From an uncultured Clostridia bacterium (GTDB lineage: Bacteria > Bacillota > Clostridia > Oscillospirales > CAG-382), in NCBI GenBank assembly GCA_947628695.1, contig CANRAV010000005.1, positions 9,354-73,353 on the forward strand: 64,000 nucleotides of DNA. Reading direction: 5' to 3'. A program made the translations under genes and the position numbers. How positions within the stretch are numbered: position 1 is the first letter of the stretch; the number at the start of each line of letters is the position of its first letter. Below the pieces are notes generated by a model. That model was not told where the DNA came from. It saw only the letters and a list, made by a program, of their open reading frames with translations, and did no database searches. Below, one piece after another: positions 8,978 through 19,382 of the stretch.

Positions 8978-11682
8978 GTTTCAGATTCCTTTCCGTATTT
9001 GTTTTTATTTTGTTTAGTGAAAAGCTCTACAAGCATCAAAGCCGCCTGAAAAGCCGCAAAGAGCGAGACGGGCGCGAGAAATGCGGTAAGTGCCGCCCTG
9101 TACCGAGGCAGTGCATAGCCGAAAAGCTCCTTCGCCCCCGGCAGGAAAAGCAAAAGCGCCATAAAAGCGGCGCAGAACACGCCGGCAAGCGGTATCAGCG
9201 CGTTTTTAAACGCCGACGAGCGGTAGAAATGCTTCTGCTCCGCCCCGAAAAGCGTACCGCACAAAAGCAAAAGCGCAAAGCAAAGCAGCATGCAAAACGC
9301 CCTCTCCCCCTCTGCCGCACCGAGCCTTGTTAGCATAAAGTCCTCAAAGCACAGGCAAAAGCCGCAAGCGGCGCCGTAAACCGCGGGAAACACCCTGCCG
9401 AAGGTCTTGCCCTTGTAGTCCACCCTGTCCTCCAAAAGCTTCCTGTGGCCGGGTGCAAAGGCAAGCGCCAAAGCAAACGCAAAGTTGAAAACGCAGCCGC
9501 CGATAAGCGCCTCTTCGACGCGAAGAGGGTACGCGCTTCCGGAAAGCAGCGCCGCAAGGAAGCACACAAGCATTGCAACGCTTCCGCTGCAAAGCTGCCG
9601 CGCCGCGCACACTATCCGCCTGTATATAAGCTTAGCGGAGGAAAGCACGCTTTCCACCGTTTTTAGCCCGTTTTTGTAAAGCAGCACGTCGGAGGCGTAT
9701 TTGACGGTCTCCGCCGAAGTGCCTGCCGGGACGAAGGAGACATCCGCCTCCCGCATCATGGGCAGCCTGTCCGTGCCCTCCGCCGTGACGGCGACCACGT
9801 GCCCCTTGTCGCGGCGTATTCGCATGGCGTCAAACCACTGCTCCTCGTCAAGGCCGAGGTAAAGCCTGTACTGCTCGCTGTCCGCTATGTAAAGGCCGCG
9901 GTCGGCGTACTTAAGCTGCTCCGCCGCTATGACCTGTTTTTCGCTTTTTATTATGCCAGCGTTTTTCGCCATGCTTACGGCGGTGACGTAGGCGTCCCCG
10001 GAGAGAAGAACCGTCTCTATCCCGCCGGCTGCGCACTTGTAAACAGCACCGGCCGAGTCAAGCTCCAGCGAGGTGTAAAGCCCGATAAAGCCGTTAAGCA
10101 CAAGCCGCCTGTCGGCCGTGACGGTGTTGCGCAGACTGTCGCTGTCGCAAATTGCGGAGGCTATCGCTATCACGTGCTGTGAAGCGTCGCCCATGTCCTT
10201 CGCGGCCTGCTCCATACGACGGCGCGAGTAGTCGTCAAACCTGTTGTTAAGCGCGCCCGCCTCGTAGCCGGCGCAAAGCGGAAGTATCTCCTCCGGCGCG
10301 CCGCGCATTATAAGCAGATTCGCGTCGTTGTGGAGGTAAAGCGCGCGCTTTATGCGCCCGTCTTTTGCGTACTCTGCCTCTATCCTGAAATACTCCTCCT
10401 TGAAGGAGTCTATGTCTATGCCTATCCTGTCGCACTCCCTGGCGATGGAAACGTCGGCAGGCATGCCGAAGAACCCGTCACCGAGCTTCTCGGAAGCGCT
10501 GCTCCTGCGCAGGTCGGAGCAAAGCAGCGCATAGGTAAGCACCTTGCGTATGCTCTCCCTGCTTTCCGGGGAGACCGGGTAATAGCTTTTGTTGATAAAG
10601 ACGCGCTTCGGCCTGAGCTCGCTCATGGGGAAAGCGGCTTCCTTATCGCACATAAGGCTGTCGACAAGGCAAAGCGTGTCGACGGTGGAAAGCTTACGTA
10701 TAACGGCGCCGTTCCTGTACATGCGCCTGACGCCCGCCGCAAGTCCCGCAAAGCCAAGCGCGTAAGCCGTCTGCGGCATGCAGCAGGCTGCGCAGGCAAG
10801 TGCGCCCATGTATGCGTCGACCAGCGGCCTGCCCATTATAAGACCTATCACCACAAACAGAAAGCCAACGGCGGCTACAACCACCGAAAAGGCGGAAAAA
10901 AGCTTCATCGCGCGGTTGAAGGTCTCGGGAAGCAGTGCCTCCTCGCCCTCTTTTTTGTAAAGGCGGCAGTCCCTGCCGGTGCGGCAGACTATGGCGCTTG
11001 CCCTGCCGGAGGTGACAATCGTCCCGGCGTATACCATGTTGTAGCTGCCGCGTCTTTTGCCGCTTGCAATGTACTCTGCGTCCTTGAAGGTGCTTTCCTC
11101 CACCCCGGTTATGGGCGTTTCAAGCACGGTAAGGCGGTTTGCCTCCGCAAGGCGCGCGTCCGCAGGTACGACGCTGCCGCTTTCAAGCTGTATCATGTCC
11201 CCGGGGACAAGCCCCACGCTGCTTATCGACAAAAGCTTTCCGCCACGCTTTACCGCAGCGCGCATGGAGTTGTCACGCGTGGTCTTGTTAAGCGTCATCG
11301 CCGCGTAGCTGTAAAGCGCGGCGTTTATGCACATCACGACGGCAAGCATCGCCGCAAGGGGGGTGTAGGTCTCCGCTCCGGTTGTAAACACCGCGCAAAG
11401 CAGAAGGCTTGCCACCATAAGCGGAAGATACAGACCCAAAATTTGGCGTTTTATGCCGTTTGCCATGGAAGAGGGGTGCTCTGTCTTCAGGACGTTAAGC
11501 CCCGCGTCCATGCGCCGCCTGCGGACCTGCTGCCGCGTAAGCCCGTTTTCCATATCCGTGCCAAGCCGAGCAGCAACCTCGTACGCCTCAAGCTTCGAGG
11601 GGTCAAAGTCCTCCCCCTCTGCGCTGCCGCCGGTGCCGACATTAAGTTTTCTGTCTTTTACGTCAAGCTCTTTTTTACTCAT
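8974..11682 (-). CDS. P2-type cation-transporting ATPase homologue with degenerate catalytic motifs
   Basis: Cation_ATPase_N-like start, LVPGD...PADARL, NMVYAGT, RGAPE and multiple TM helices; DKTGT is replaced by DKEAA. Confidence 0.8.
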   Translation of the reverse strand: MSKKELDVKDRKLNVGTGGSAEGEDFDPSKLEAYEVAARLGTDMENGLTRQQVRRRRMDAGLNVLKTEHPSSMANGIKRQILGLYLPLMVASLLLCAVFTTGAETYTPLAAMLAVVMCINAALYSYAAMTLNKTTRDNSMRAAVKRGGKLLSISSVGLVPGDMIQLESGSVVPADARLAEANRLTVLETPITGVEESTFKDAEYIASGKRRGSYNMVYAGTIVTSGRASAIVCRTGRDCRLYKKEGEEALLPETFNRAMKLFSAFSVVVAAVGFLFVVIGLIMGRPLVDAYMGALACAACCMPQTAYALGFAGLAAGVRRMYRNGAVIRKLSTVDTLCLVDSLMCDKEAAFPMSELRPKRVFINKSYYPVSPESRESIRKVLTYALLCSDLRRSSASEKLGDGFFGMPADVSIARECDRIGIDIDSFKEEYFRIEAEYAKDGRIKRALYLHNDANLLIMRGAPEEILPLCAGYEAGALNNRFDDYSRRRMEQAAKDMGDASQHVIAIASAICDSDSLRNTVTADRRLVLNGFIGLYTSLELDSAGAVYKCAAGGIETVLLSGDAYVTAVSMAKNAGIIKSEKQVIAAEQLKYADRGLYIADSEQYRLYLGLDEEQWFDAMRIRRDKGHVVAVTAEGTDRLPMMREADVSFVPAGTSAETVKYASDVLLYKNGLKTVESVLSSAKLIYRRIVCAARQLCSGSVAMLVCFLAALLSGSAYPLRVEEALIGGCVFNFAFALALAFAPGHRKLLEDRVDYKGKTFGRVFPAVYGAACGFCLCFEDFMLTRLGAAEGERAFCMLLCFALLLLCGTLFGAEQKHFYRSSAFKNALIPLAGVFCAAFMALLLFLPGAKELFGYALPRYRAALTAFLAPVSLFAAFQAALMLVELFTKQNKNKYGKESET

Positions 11683-11737
11683 CGCACGGCGTCCTTCACA
11701 CATCCCGGCGCGGCTTTTCTCCGCGCCGTCTGTATTA

Positions 11738-14047
11738 TCATATGCAGCATACGATTACAGCGTCACCGTCGGCGCTTAAGCTTACGGCGCTTATCGGGGT
11801 CTTGTAATTTTCTATTATCTTGGACGCCACCGCGTCCTCTACCTCCGTCTGTATAAGGCGGCGCAGGTTGCGCGCACCGTATTTTTCCGAAAAGCCCTTG
11901 GCGCAAAGCGCGTCAACCGCCGCACCGTCCCAGGTAAGGCTTATATCCTTCTCCGCAAGCACACCCTTAAGGTCGTTAAGCATGATGCCGCAGATCTCCC
12001 TCATATTGTCCTTTGTCAGGCGGTTGAACACAACAATCTCGTCCACGCGGTTCAAAAACTCCGGCCTTAGGAAGCGCTCCAAAGCGCGCATGGTGCGCGA
12101 GGTGTCGCTGTCCTTGGCATCCACGTTGAAGCCGGCAGTGGGAGACGCGTTGGTGCTGCCCGCATTGGTCGTCATGATGATGACGGTGCTTTCGAAGTTT
12201 ACCTCTTTCCCGTGAGAATCGGTTATCCTGCCGTCGTCAAGTATCTGAAGCAGGATGTTCATCACGTCCGGGTGTGCCTTCTCTATCTCGTCAAACAGAA
12301 CCACGCTGTACGGCTTGCGGCGGATCTTCTCGGTAAGCTGACCCGCGTCGTCATAGCCGACGTAGCCGGGAGGCGAGCCTATGATGCGGCTTACGGAGTA
12401 CTTCTCCATAAACTCCGACATGTCAAGGCGAATAAGCGACTCCGGGCTGTTGAACAAATAGTTTGCAAGCACCTTGACAAGCTCTGTCTTGCCGACGCCC
12501 GTACTGCCCGCAAAGATGAAGGACACGGGCTTCTTCTTGTAGGAAACGCCTGCCCTGTTCCGCTTTATGGCGCGGGCGACCTTGCTTACGGCCTCGTCCT
12601 GCCCGATTATGCGCTTTTTAAGCTCCGCTTCCAAGCGGTCGATTTTTGCAAACTCGTTTTCCGTAATGCTGCTGGCGGGTATGCCCGTCCAGACCTCTAT
12701 GACCCTTGCGACGTCGTCGTCCGTAAGGCGAAGCTTGTCGCGCTTGCGGCTGAGCTTCTTGAACTCCTCCTGCTTTTGATCCTCGTCTATGCGAAGGAGC
12801 GTAAGCTCCTTGTAGCCGTTTTCGTCAAGCTCGGCACTTTCAAGCTCCTCGCGCCGTTTTGCAAGCTCCGAAAGCTGCTTGTCAAGCTCCGCTATCTGCC
12901 CCACCACGGGCGACTCCATAGCAAGGCGCGACGCCGCCTCGTCCATCAGATCTATCGCCTTGTCCGGCAGGTACCGGTCGGTAATATACCGCTCCGAAAG
13001 GCTGACCATGCGCCTTATAAGGTCGTCGCTTATGTGCACGCCGTGGAACTTTTCGTAATAGCCCTTTATTCCCTTAAGTATCTCCACGGTGTCGTCAATG
13101 CTCGGCTCTTCAATCATGACGGGCTGGAAGCGCCTTTCAAGCGCGCTGTCCTTTTCTATATACTTGCGGTACTCCGTAAGCGTTGTAGCGCCTATGACCT
13201 GTATCTCCCCGCGGGAAAGCGCGGGCTTTAATATGTTGGCCGCGTTCATGCCGCCCTCCGCGTCGCCGGCGGCGACGATAGAGTGCACCTCGTCTATGAC
13301 AAGTATGATGTTGCCAAGCTTTTTGACCTCTTCGATAAGCCCCTTCATGCGGTTCTCAAACTGACCCCTGAACTGCGTCCCGGCGACCATGGCGGTCATG
13401 TCGACAAGGTGAACCTCCTTGTCCTTAAGCTTGTAGGGAACCTTCCCCTCCGATATGCGAAGCGCCAAAGCCTCTGCCACGGCGGTTTTGCCGACGCCCG
13501 GCTCGCCGATAAGGCAGGGGTTGTTCTTCTGACGGCGGCAGAGTATCTGCATAACGCGGGTAAGCTCCTTGTCCCTGCCCACTATGCGGTCGACCTTGCC
13601 CTCCGCAGCCTTCGCCGTAAGGTTCTGGCAGAACTGATTAAGAAACTTGCGCGAGGGGTCCTTGCGCGGCGTCTCCTTCCTCTCACCGCTTTGCTCGCCG
13701 TAAGAGTTCTGCTGGTTCTGCATGCCCGGGAACAGCGCGCCGAAGTTTATGGCAGGTGCCCTGCCCTCGTCGCCTTCGCCGCCTCCGTCGACCCCGTCGG
13801 TCGGGATAAGGCTGCTCACTTCATCCATCATCGCGTCAAGGTCGTCCTCACTTATCCCCATCCTCGAAATAATGTCGTCTATGGGCTTCACTCCAAGCTC
13901 CTTTGCACACTTAAGGCAAAGCCCCTCGTTATAGGTTTTGTCGCCCTCCACGCGGGTGACGAAGACAACCGCCACGCGCGTTTTGCAGCGAGAACACATT
14001 TTTGCCATTTTACCCTTGCTGCGCCCCATTGGGGCGTTTTCCTCCAT
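11738..14047 (-). CDS. ATP-dependent Clp protease ATP-binding subunit (ClpE/ClpC type, N-terminal CxxC zinc finger)
   Basis: Two AAA+ modules ([32 protein letters not shown]); N-terminal CxxC...CxxC. Confidence 0.93.
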   Translation of the reverse strand: MEENAPMGRSKGKMAKMCSRCKTRVAVVFVTRVEGDKTYNEGLCLKCAKELGVKPIDDIISRMGISEDDLDAMMDEVSSLIPTDGVDGGGEGDEGRAPAINFGALFPGMQNQQNSYGEQSGERKETPRKDPSRKFLNQFCQNLTAKAAEGKVDRIVGRDKELTRVMQILCRRQKNNPCLIGEPGVGKTAVAEALALRISEGKVPYKLKDKEVHLVDMTAMVAGTQFRGQFENRMKGLIEEVKKLGNIILVIDEVHSIVAAGDAEGGMNAANILKPALSRGEIQVIGATTLTEYRKYIEKDSALERRFQPVMIEEPSIDDTVEILKGIKGYYEKFHGVHISDDLIRRMVSLSERYITDRYLPDKAIDLMDEAASRLAMESPVVGQIAELDKQLSELAKRREELESAELDENGYKELTLLRIDEDQKQEEFKKLSRKRDKLRLTDDDVARVIEVWTGIPASSITENEFAKIDRLEAELKKRIIGQDEAVSKVARAIKRNRAGVSYKKKPVSFIFAGSTGVGKTELVKVLANYLFNSPESLIRLDMSEFMEKYSVSRIIGSPPGYVGYDDAGQLTEKIRRKPYSVVLFDEIEKAHPDVMNILLQILDDGRITDSHGKEVNFESTVIIMTTNAGSTNASPTAGFNVDAKDSDTSRTMRALERFLRPEFLNRVDEIVVFNRLTKDNMREICGIMLNDLKGVLAEKDISLTWDGAAVDALCAKGFSEKYGARNLRRLIQTEVEDAVASKIIENYKTPISAVSLSADGDAVIVCCI

Positions 14048-14086
14048 ATATAAATTTCCCGGCGGGGATACCTCCCCGACCGCACA

Positions 14087-14809
14087 CTATATAAGCTTTG
14101 AAAGTATGTTGTACCTTTCGAACAGGCTGAAAAGATAAGAGTCGCCGAGGTTTATGCCTGCCGCCTTTTCGAAGCCCAAAGCACCCGCCGCAGGCAGCAG
14201 GATTTTAAGCGCCATGCAGAAGACGTAGACCCTAAGCACCGCAAGCAGAACGCCCGCCAAAGCGCCGAGAACCTTGTCCGCCTGCTTAAGCACGGGCAGC
14301 TCCGTCACCTTGCTTATCACAATTTCCACTATCTTAAGGATCAGCCGCGCGCACAAGAACAGCGCCAAAAACGCAAGCACCTTGCAGCAGAAGGGTATTG
14401 CGTGCTCCGCAAGGCCGCCTTTTATATAGGCGCGCGCGGAGGCAAGCCCCTCCGAAACGTGGGCGTGGTAGCCCTCGCTTATTGACTTGTAAACGTCCTC
14501 GGCACCGAAGACCGTAAAGGCAAGCGACAGCGCGCTTTCGCCGTTTTCATCTCCTGCCTCGAAAATGCCGACGTAGTTTTCCTCGTTCACTATGCTGTCA
14601 ACCGCAGCGTCAACGGCGGATTCTATCCTGTCTCCCACGCCGCTTTCGGCAACGAAGCTCCCCAGCCTGCCGCAGAATATAAGCGCCACGGCAGCCGCTA
14701 TAAAGAAGCCGAGTGCCCCTATGGCAGTCTTTGAAAAACCGTTTTTCACCGCAAAAAACAGCGTCAGTATGATAATTGCCGCTATCAGTATGTCTATGAT
14801 TGCGCCCAT
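14087..14809 (-). CDS. CvpA (colicin V production) family membrane protein
   Basis: N-terminal IIDIL...KNGF and C-terminal LPVLKQADKVLGALAG. Confidence 0.75.
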   Translation of the reverse strand: MGAIIDILIAAIIILTLFFAVKNGFSKTAIGALGFFIAAAVALIFCGRLGSFVAESGVGDRIESAVDAAVDSIVNEENYVGIFEAGDENGESALSLAFTVFGAEDVYKSISEGYHAHVSEGLASARAYIKGGLAEHAIPFCCKVLAFLALFLCARLILKIVEIVISKVTELPVLKQADKVLGALAGVLLAVLRVYVFCMALKILLPAAGALGFEKAAGINLGDSYLFSLFERYNILSKLI

Positions 14810-16047
14810 GATTCCTCCTCCTCTGCGGCGAACAGCGCGCCGTAATCCAGCACGCTTGCGCGCCCCTTCGACACGGCAAGCAGCTTCCCTTCCTCTATCT
14901 CCAAAACGTCAAGAACCTCTCCGTCCGTTTGGGCAGTAACCTCCTTGCCGCTTTCTATCTCCGTCGCGGTGAAGGTGCCGTCGCTTACCGTAAACAGGTA
15001 CCCTCCGCCGCTTTTCGCAAGCCTTGTCCCCTCCGGGAAGGTGCGGCTTAAGACGAGAGAGCCGTCGACAGAGTCGTACACCTCCACCTCCACGGCAGAG
15101 GACAGCGCCGACACGGGGTACTGCCTTACAAAATACCTGTCCCCGATGTCAAAGGCGGATATGCCGGCGTCGCCGAAGGGCACGCTTGCCGTCTCGCCTC
15201 CGTCCGCGCCGTAAAGCCGAAGTCCGCGGTCGGTAAGCAGCAAGATGCCGCCCTCGCAAAATGCCGCCTTGTAGGGGTACTCGCCCTCTATGACCTGCCT
15301 TGCTATGGGCTCCTCCGCGTCGAGAGAGTACAAAAGCAGCGTCGAAACAAACTGCCCGCCCTCGGCCGAAACCGACACCGTGACAAGCCTTCTTGCCGTC
15401 TCGTCCAAATCTGCGGAGACGGTGTAAAGGCTGCCGTAGGCGCAGTCGTAAATTGTGCGAAAGCTGTCGTCATACACGTAGACCGAGCTGCGGCTTGTCT
15501 TCTCCTCGCAGATCACGGCAAGGTAGCCGCCCTCCGTGGCCGCAGCGCCCCTTATGGGGTAGTCAAACCGAAGCGTGGACACCGTCTCCAGCGCGCTTTT
15601 TATCACAAGCTCCGTTCCGCCGATGTCGTAGATATACATAAACTTCGTGCCGGAAAGCACCTGCGGGTCCTCAAACCTAAGCGCCGAGTCGACAGACCGC
15701 CTGTCCCCCGCAAGGGTGTAAACCGCGCTTCCGCTGTCGTTGACAACGGCAAAATCCCCGCGCACGACGGCAAAGCCGTTTGTCTCGTTGTCGTCAAAGT
15801 ATATAGTGTTGTAAACCGTAGCCTTCGTCTCTCCCTCGCCGAGGTAGTTCAGAAGGTAGTTGAAGTTGTCTGCGTTTATCTCGTCCGTGCGGAAGGAAAA
15901 CCCGCACAGAACAAGCCCCAGGCACAGCAAGAGGCATACGTACTTTGCGGCGGCAAAGCCCGCCGCAAGCCTGCGGTAGTACGCGGCACCGTCGTTTGCC
16001 TTCTCTTTTTTGCCTTTGCCGCTTCCGAAAACCGAAAACACGCCCAT
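14794..16047 (-). CDS. Membrane-anchored beta-propeller-like protein (DUF5711-like)
   Basis: Single N-terminal TM followed by beta-rich repeats (YDIGG); position between truA and cvpA. Confidence 0.6.
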   Translation of the reverse strand: MGVFSVFGSGKGKKEKANDGAAYYRRLAAGFAAAKYVCLLLCLGLVLCGFSFRTDEINADNFNYLLNYLGEGETKATVYNTIYFDDNETNGFAVVRGDFAVVNDSGSAVYTLAGDRRSVDSALRFEDPQVLSGTKFMYIYDIGGTELVIKSALETVSTLRFDYPIRGAAATEGGYLAVICEEKTSRSSVYVYDDSFRTIYDCAYGSLYTVSADLDETARRLVTVSVSAEGGQFVSTLLLYSLDAEEPIARQVIEGEYPYKAAFCEGGILLLTDRGLRLYGADGGETASVPFGDAGISAFDIGDRYFVRQYPVSALSSAVEVEVYDSVDGSLVLSRTFPEGTRLAKSGGGYLFTVSDGTFTATEIESGKEVTAQTDGEVLDVLEIEEGKLLAVSKGRASVLDYGALFAAEEEESWAQS

Positions 16048-16084
16048 GCTTTGCCCCGCCTCCTTTTTATACTTTTATGCTTAA

Positions 16085-16852
16085 TTAAACTTTAAATTCC
16101 GAAATGCGTTTTTCAAGCTGATCTCTGTCGTAAAAAACCCTGTTCAGATACAGCCCGCAGGCCGGCGCCGTAGGTCCTGCGTCCTTCCTGTCGCGGCTTT
16201 CAAGCGCCGCCTTTATATCGCAGCCGCCGCGCGCGGCCTTTAAAAGGGTGCCTACCATGATGCGAACCATGTTGTAAAGGAACCCGTCTGCCCCCACGGT
16301 TATACGTATCACTCCGCCGCTTTCGCAAACGTCAAAGTAGAAGACCGTTCGAAAAGTGTCCTTTATCTTGCTGCCGGCCGACATAAAAGCGCCAAAATCT
16401 TGCCTGCCTACAAATTCCTTCCCAAGCGCCGAAAGCTCCTTTACGTCCAGCGGGAAGGGGTAGAAAAAGCAAAGGTCGCGGTCAAATGGGCTTCTGATGC
16501 TGCCGCTTCGTATATAGTAGACGTACTCCTTTGCCAAGGCGCTGTAGCGCGCGTGGAAGCCGCTGCCTGCCTCCGCCGCTTTCAGAACGCTTATGTCGCG
16601 CGGGAGGTGGGCGTTTAGCGCCAACGGAAGACGGGATGTGTCGAAGGGCTTTTCGCTTTCGATATGGCAGACATAGCCAAGCGCGTGAACGCCGCTGTCC
16701 GTCCTGCTGCAGCCCGTCACGTCAAGGCGCTTGCCGAAGACCTTTTCCACCGCGTCCTGAAGCACCGCCTGCACCGACGGCGCGTTTTTCTGCACCTGCC
16801 AGCCGCTGTACTCCGTCCCGCGGTAGGCCAAGGTCAGGGCATATACCGCCAT
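16085..16852 (-). CDS. truA: tRNA pseudouridine(38-40) synthase
   Basis: YSGWQVQ, GCSRTDSGVHA, FHARY, GFLYNMVR. Confidence 0.96.
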   Translation of the reverse strand: MAVYALTLAYRGTEYSGWQVQKNAPSVQAVLQDAVEKVFGKRLDVTGCSRTDSGVHALGYVCHIESEKPFDTSRLPLALNAHLPRDISVLKAAEAGSGFHARYSALAKEYVYYIRSGSIRSPFDRDLCFFYPFPLDVKELSALGKEFVGRQDFGAFMSAGSKIKDTFRTVFYFDVCESGGVIRITVGADGFLYNMVRIMVGTLLKAARGGCDIKAALESRDRKDAGPTAPACGLYLNRVFYDRDQLEKRISEFKV

Positions 16853-17667
16853 TATATTCTCACCCCGAAGCGGTTTATGAAGAATACGGAAACGCAAATT
16901 ATAAGCATCACGGCGAAAAACGCCCAGTCCGCAAAGCGGCTTTTCATCTGCTTCATCTTAGTTCTTCCCTCGCCGCCGTGGTAGCAGCGGCATTCCATCG
17001 CCTCCGCCAGCTCGTCCGCACGGCGGAAGGACGATACGAAAAGCGGTACAAGAATAGGCACAAGCGCCGCTATGCGCTTCCTCAGCCCACCTGACTCCAT
17101 ATCCGCACCCCTTGCCTTCTGTGCGCTCATTATCTTGTCCGTCTCCTCCACAAGCGTTGGTATAAACCTCAAGGCAATGGTCATCATCATGGCAAATTCG
17201 TGCACGGGCAGCCTTATAAGCTTAAGCGGCTTTAAAAGGCTTTCCAGCGCGTCCGATATGTCAAGCGGGGAGGTGGTGTAGGTAAGCACCACAAAGCTGC
17301 CCGTGACAAGGCAGGCAAGCCGCAGCATCATAAACGCGGCGTATATTAAGCCTTCCCTGTATATGTGTATAAAATGCCAGTCGACAAGTATATTGTCGCC
17401 CTTGTACAGGAACACGTTAAGTATGCCCGTAAAGATCAAAATAAATATCAGCGGCTTCAGGTTTTTAAGAACCGTCTTCGGCGAAAGGCGCGAAAGCGCG
17501 GTAAGCAGCACCGTTACCGTAAGAATCAAAGCGAAGGAATACACGCTTTTTGCCGCTATAACGCCGACAAGGAACGCAAGAAGTATCAAAATCTTAAATC
17601 GCGGGTCAGTTCTGTGAAGCAGCGAGTTCCCCGGGAAGAACTGACCCAAAGTTATATCTTTAAGCAT
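16852..17667 (-). CDS. ecfT: ECF transporter transmembrane subunit T
   Basis: ITLGQF.PG.S.LHR.DPR, IALRFIPTL, AQKARG, AMECRCY. Confidence 0.95.
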   Translation of the reverse strand: MLKDITLGQFFPGNSLLHRTDPRFKILILLAFLVGVIAAKSVYSFALILTVTVLLTALSRLSPKTVLKNLKPLIFILIFTGILNVFLYKGDNILVDWHFIHIYREGLIYAAFMMLRLACLVTGSFVVLTYTTSPLDISDALESLLKPLKLIRLPVHEFAMMMTIALRFIPTLVEETDKIMSAQKARGADMESGGLRKRIAALVPILVPLFVSSFRRADELAEAMECRCYHGGEGRTKMKQMKSRFADWAFFAVMLIICVSVFFINRFGVRI

Positions 17668-18532
17668 CTGCCTCTCCTGTTTTTTGCTTTATGAGGGACG
17701 ATATTCGTCTTACGCCCTCTTTGACGGTGTAAACGTCCGTGCCCTCCACCAGGGCGCGCTTCTTAAGCTCCACAAACAGCTTTGTCACCTGCGGGAGGTC
17801 GAGAGACGCCGTAAAAAGCTTTTCCGCATCCGCAAATATCTCCGCCGGCGTGCCCTGCATGTGTATCTTCCCGTGGTCGAGCACCGCTATGTAGTCGGAG
17901 TACCGGGCTATGTCCTCCATGCTGTGCGAAATTATTATCATGGTGTTGCGGCGCTCCTTGCGGTACTGCAGAAGGCCGCCTATTATCTCTTCCCTGCCCG
18001 CCGGGTCAAGGCCGGCGGCCGGCTCGTCAAGAACTAGCACATCCGGGTTCATCGCTATAACGCCGGCTATCGCCGCGCGCCGCTTCTGCCCGCCGGAAAG
18101 CTCGAACGGCGACTTCGACAAAATGTCGCCGGAAAGCCCGCAAAAATCCGCAGCGGCAATGACCGCCTCGTCAAGCGCCGCGCCCGAAAGGCCCATGTTC
18201 TTCGGCCCGAAGGCAATGTCCTTGTAGACGCTGTCTTCAAAAAGCTGATACTCCGGATACTGGAAGGCAAGGCCGACGCGGAAGCGGATTTTGCTTATCT
18301 CCTTAGGCCGCGCCCATATGTCCTCGCCGTCAAGCAAAACCGTCCCCTCCGTCGGCTTGTTAAGCCCGTTCAGAAGCATGGCCAGCGTGCTCTTCCCGCT
18401 GCCGGTGTGGCCTATAAGCCCCACCACGCGGTCCTCGCCGAAGCTTATGCTTACGCCGTCCAGCGCGCGCTTTTCAAACGGAGTCCCCGCACCGTACACG
18501 ACGGTGACATTTTTAAGCTCTATACAAGACAT
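17660..18532 (-). CDS. ecfA2: ECF transporter ATPase A2
   Basis: GHTGSGKST, FQYPEYQLF, SPFELSGGQ. Confidence 0.93.
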   Translation of the reverse strand: MSCIELKNVTVVYGAGTPFEKRALDGVSISFGEDRVVGLIGHTGSGKSTLAMLLNGLNKPTEGTVLLDGEDIWARPKEISKIRFRVGLAFQYPEYQLFEDSVYKDIAFGPKNMGLSGAALDEAVIAAADFCGLSGDILSKSPFELSGGQKRRAAIAGVIAMNPDVLVLDEPAAGLDPAGREEIIGGLLQYRKERRNTMIIISHSMEDIARYSDYIAVLDHGKIHMQGTPAEIFADAEKLFTASLDLPQVTKLFVELKKRALVEGTDVYTVKEGVRRISSLIKQKTGEADA

Positions 18533-18535
18533 CCT

Positions 18536-19369
18536 TTAAAGTCCTTTTACGTAATTTTCTATGGCGTCCGCAGCCTGCATTGTGTGAAGTATGCCCTTCT
18601 TAAGCGGCATTCCGCACTCTCTCAAAGCGTCGCAAAGCTCCGTTATCTGGGGGGTGGCAAGCTTCGCACGGCGAAGCGTCTCCCCCTCGGAGAACACCTC
18701 TTCCGGAGTGCCGTCAAGCAGTATCTTCCCGCCGTCAAGCGCGACTATGCGATCTGCCTCCGCCGCTTCGTTCATGTAATGCGTTATATTGATAACGGTT
18801 ATGCCGTTTTCCTTGTTAAGCCGTTTCATCGTTGCGGTTATGTCCCGCCTGCCGGAGGGGTCAAGCATTGCCGTCGCCTCGTCGAAAATAATGCACTGCG
18901 GCCTCATGGCAAGCACGCCCGCTATCGCAACGCGCTGCTTCTGCCCGCCGGAAAGCTTGTATGTGGAGTGCTTCGCGTACTCCGTCATGCCGACAAGAGA
19001 AAGCGCTTCGTCCACTATCTTCCGTATCTCCGCAGAGGGAACGCCGAGGTTCTCCGGCGCAAAGGCCACGTCCTCCTCGACGACGCTTGCGACAATCTGG
19101 TTGTCCGGGTTCTGAAAAATCATCCCGCAGCTGCGGCGCAGCTTGTAAAGCTGCTCCTCGTCCGCGGTCGACAGCCCGCCCACGCACACGCTGCCCGAAA
19201 CCGGCTGCAGTATGCCGCAAAGCAGCTTTGCAAGCGTGCTTTTGCCGCTGCCGTTGCGGCCGAGAACGGCCGTGTAGGTTCCCTTTTCTATTGCCAAATT
19301 GAACCCGTCAAAGACCTTCTCACCCTCGTCGTAAGCGAAGACAAGGTCCTTTACCTCTATGTAAGACAT
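18536..19369 (-). CDS. ecfA1: ECF transporter ATPase A1
   Basis: GRNGSGKST, FQNPDNQ, LSGGQKQR, DEATAMLDP. Confidence 0.93.
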   Translation of the reverse strand: MSYIEVKDLVFAYDEGEKVFDGFNLAIEKGTYTAVLGRNGSGKSTLAKLLCGILQPVSGSVCVGGLSTADEEQLYKLRRSCGMIFQNPDNQIVASVVEEDVAFAPENLGVPSAEIRKIVDEALSLVGMTEYAKHSTYKLSGGQKQRVAIAGVLAMRPQCIIFDEATAMLDPSGRRDITATMKRLNKENGITVINITHYMNEAAEADRIVALDGGKILLDGTPEEVFSEGETLRRAKLATPQITELCDALRECGMPLKKGILHTMQAADAIENYVKGL

Positions 19370-19382
19370 AAAAACCTCTGTT

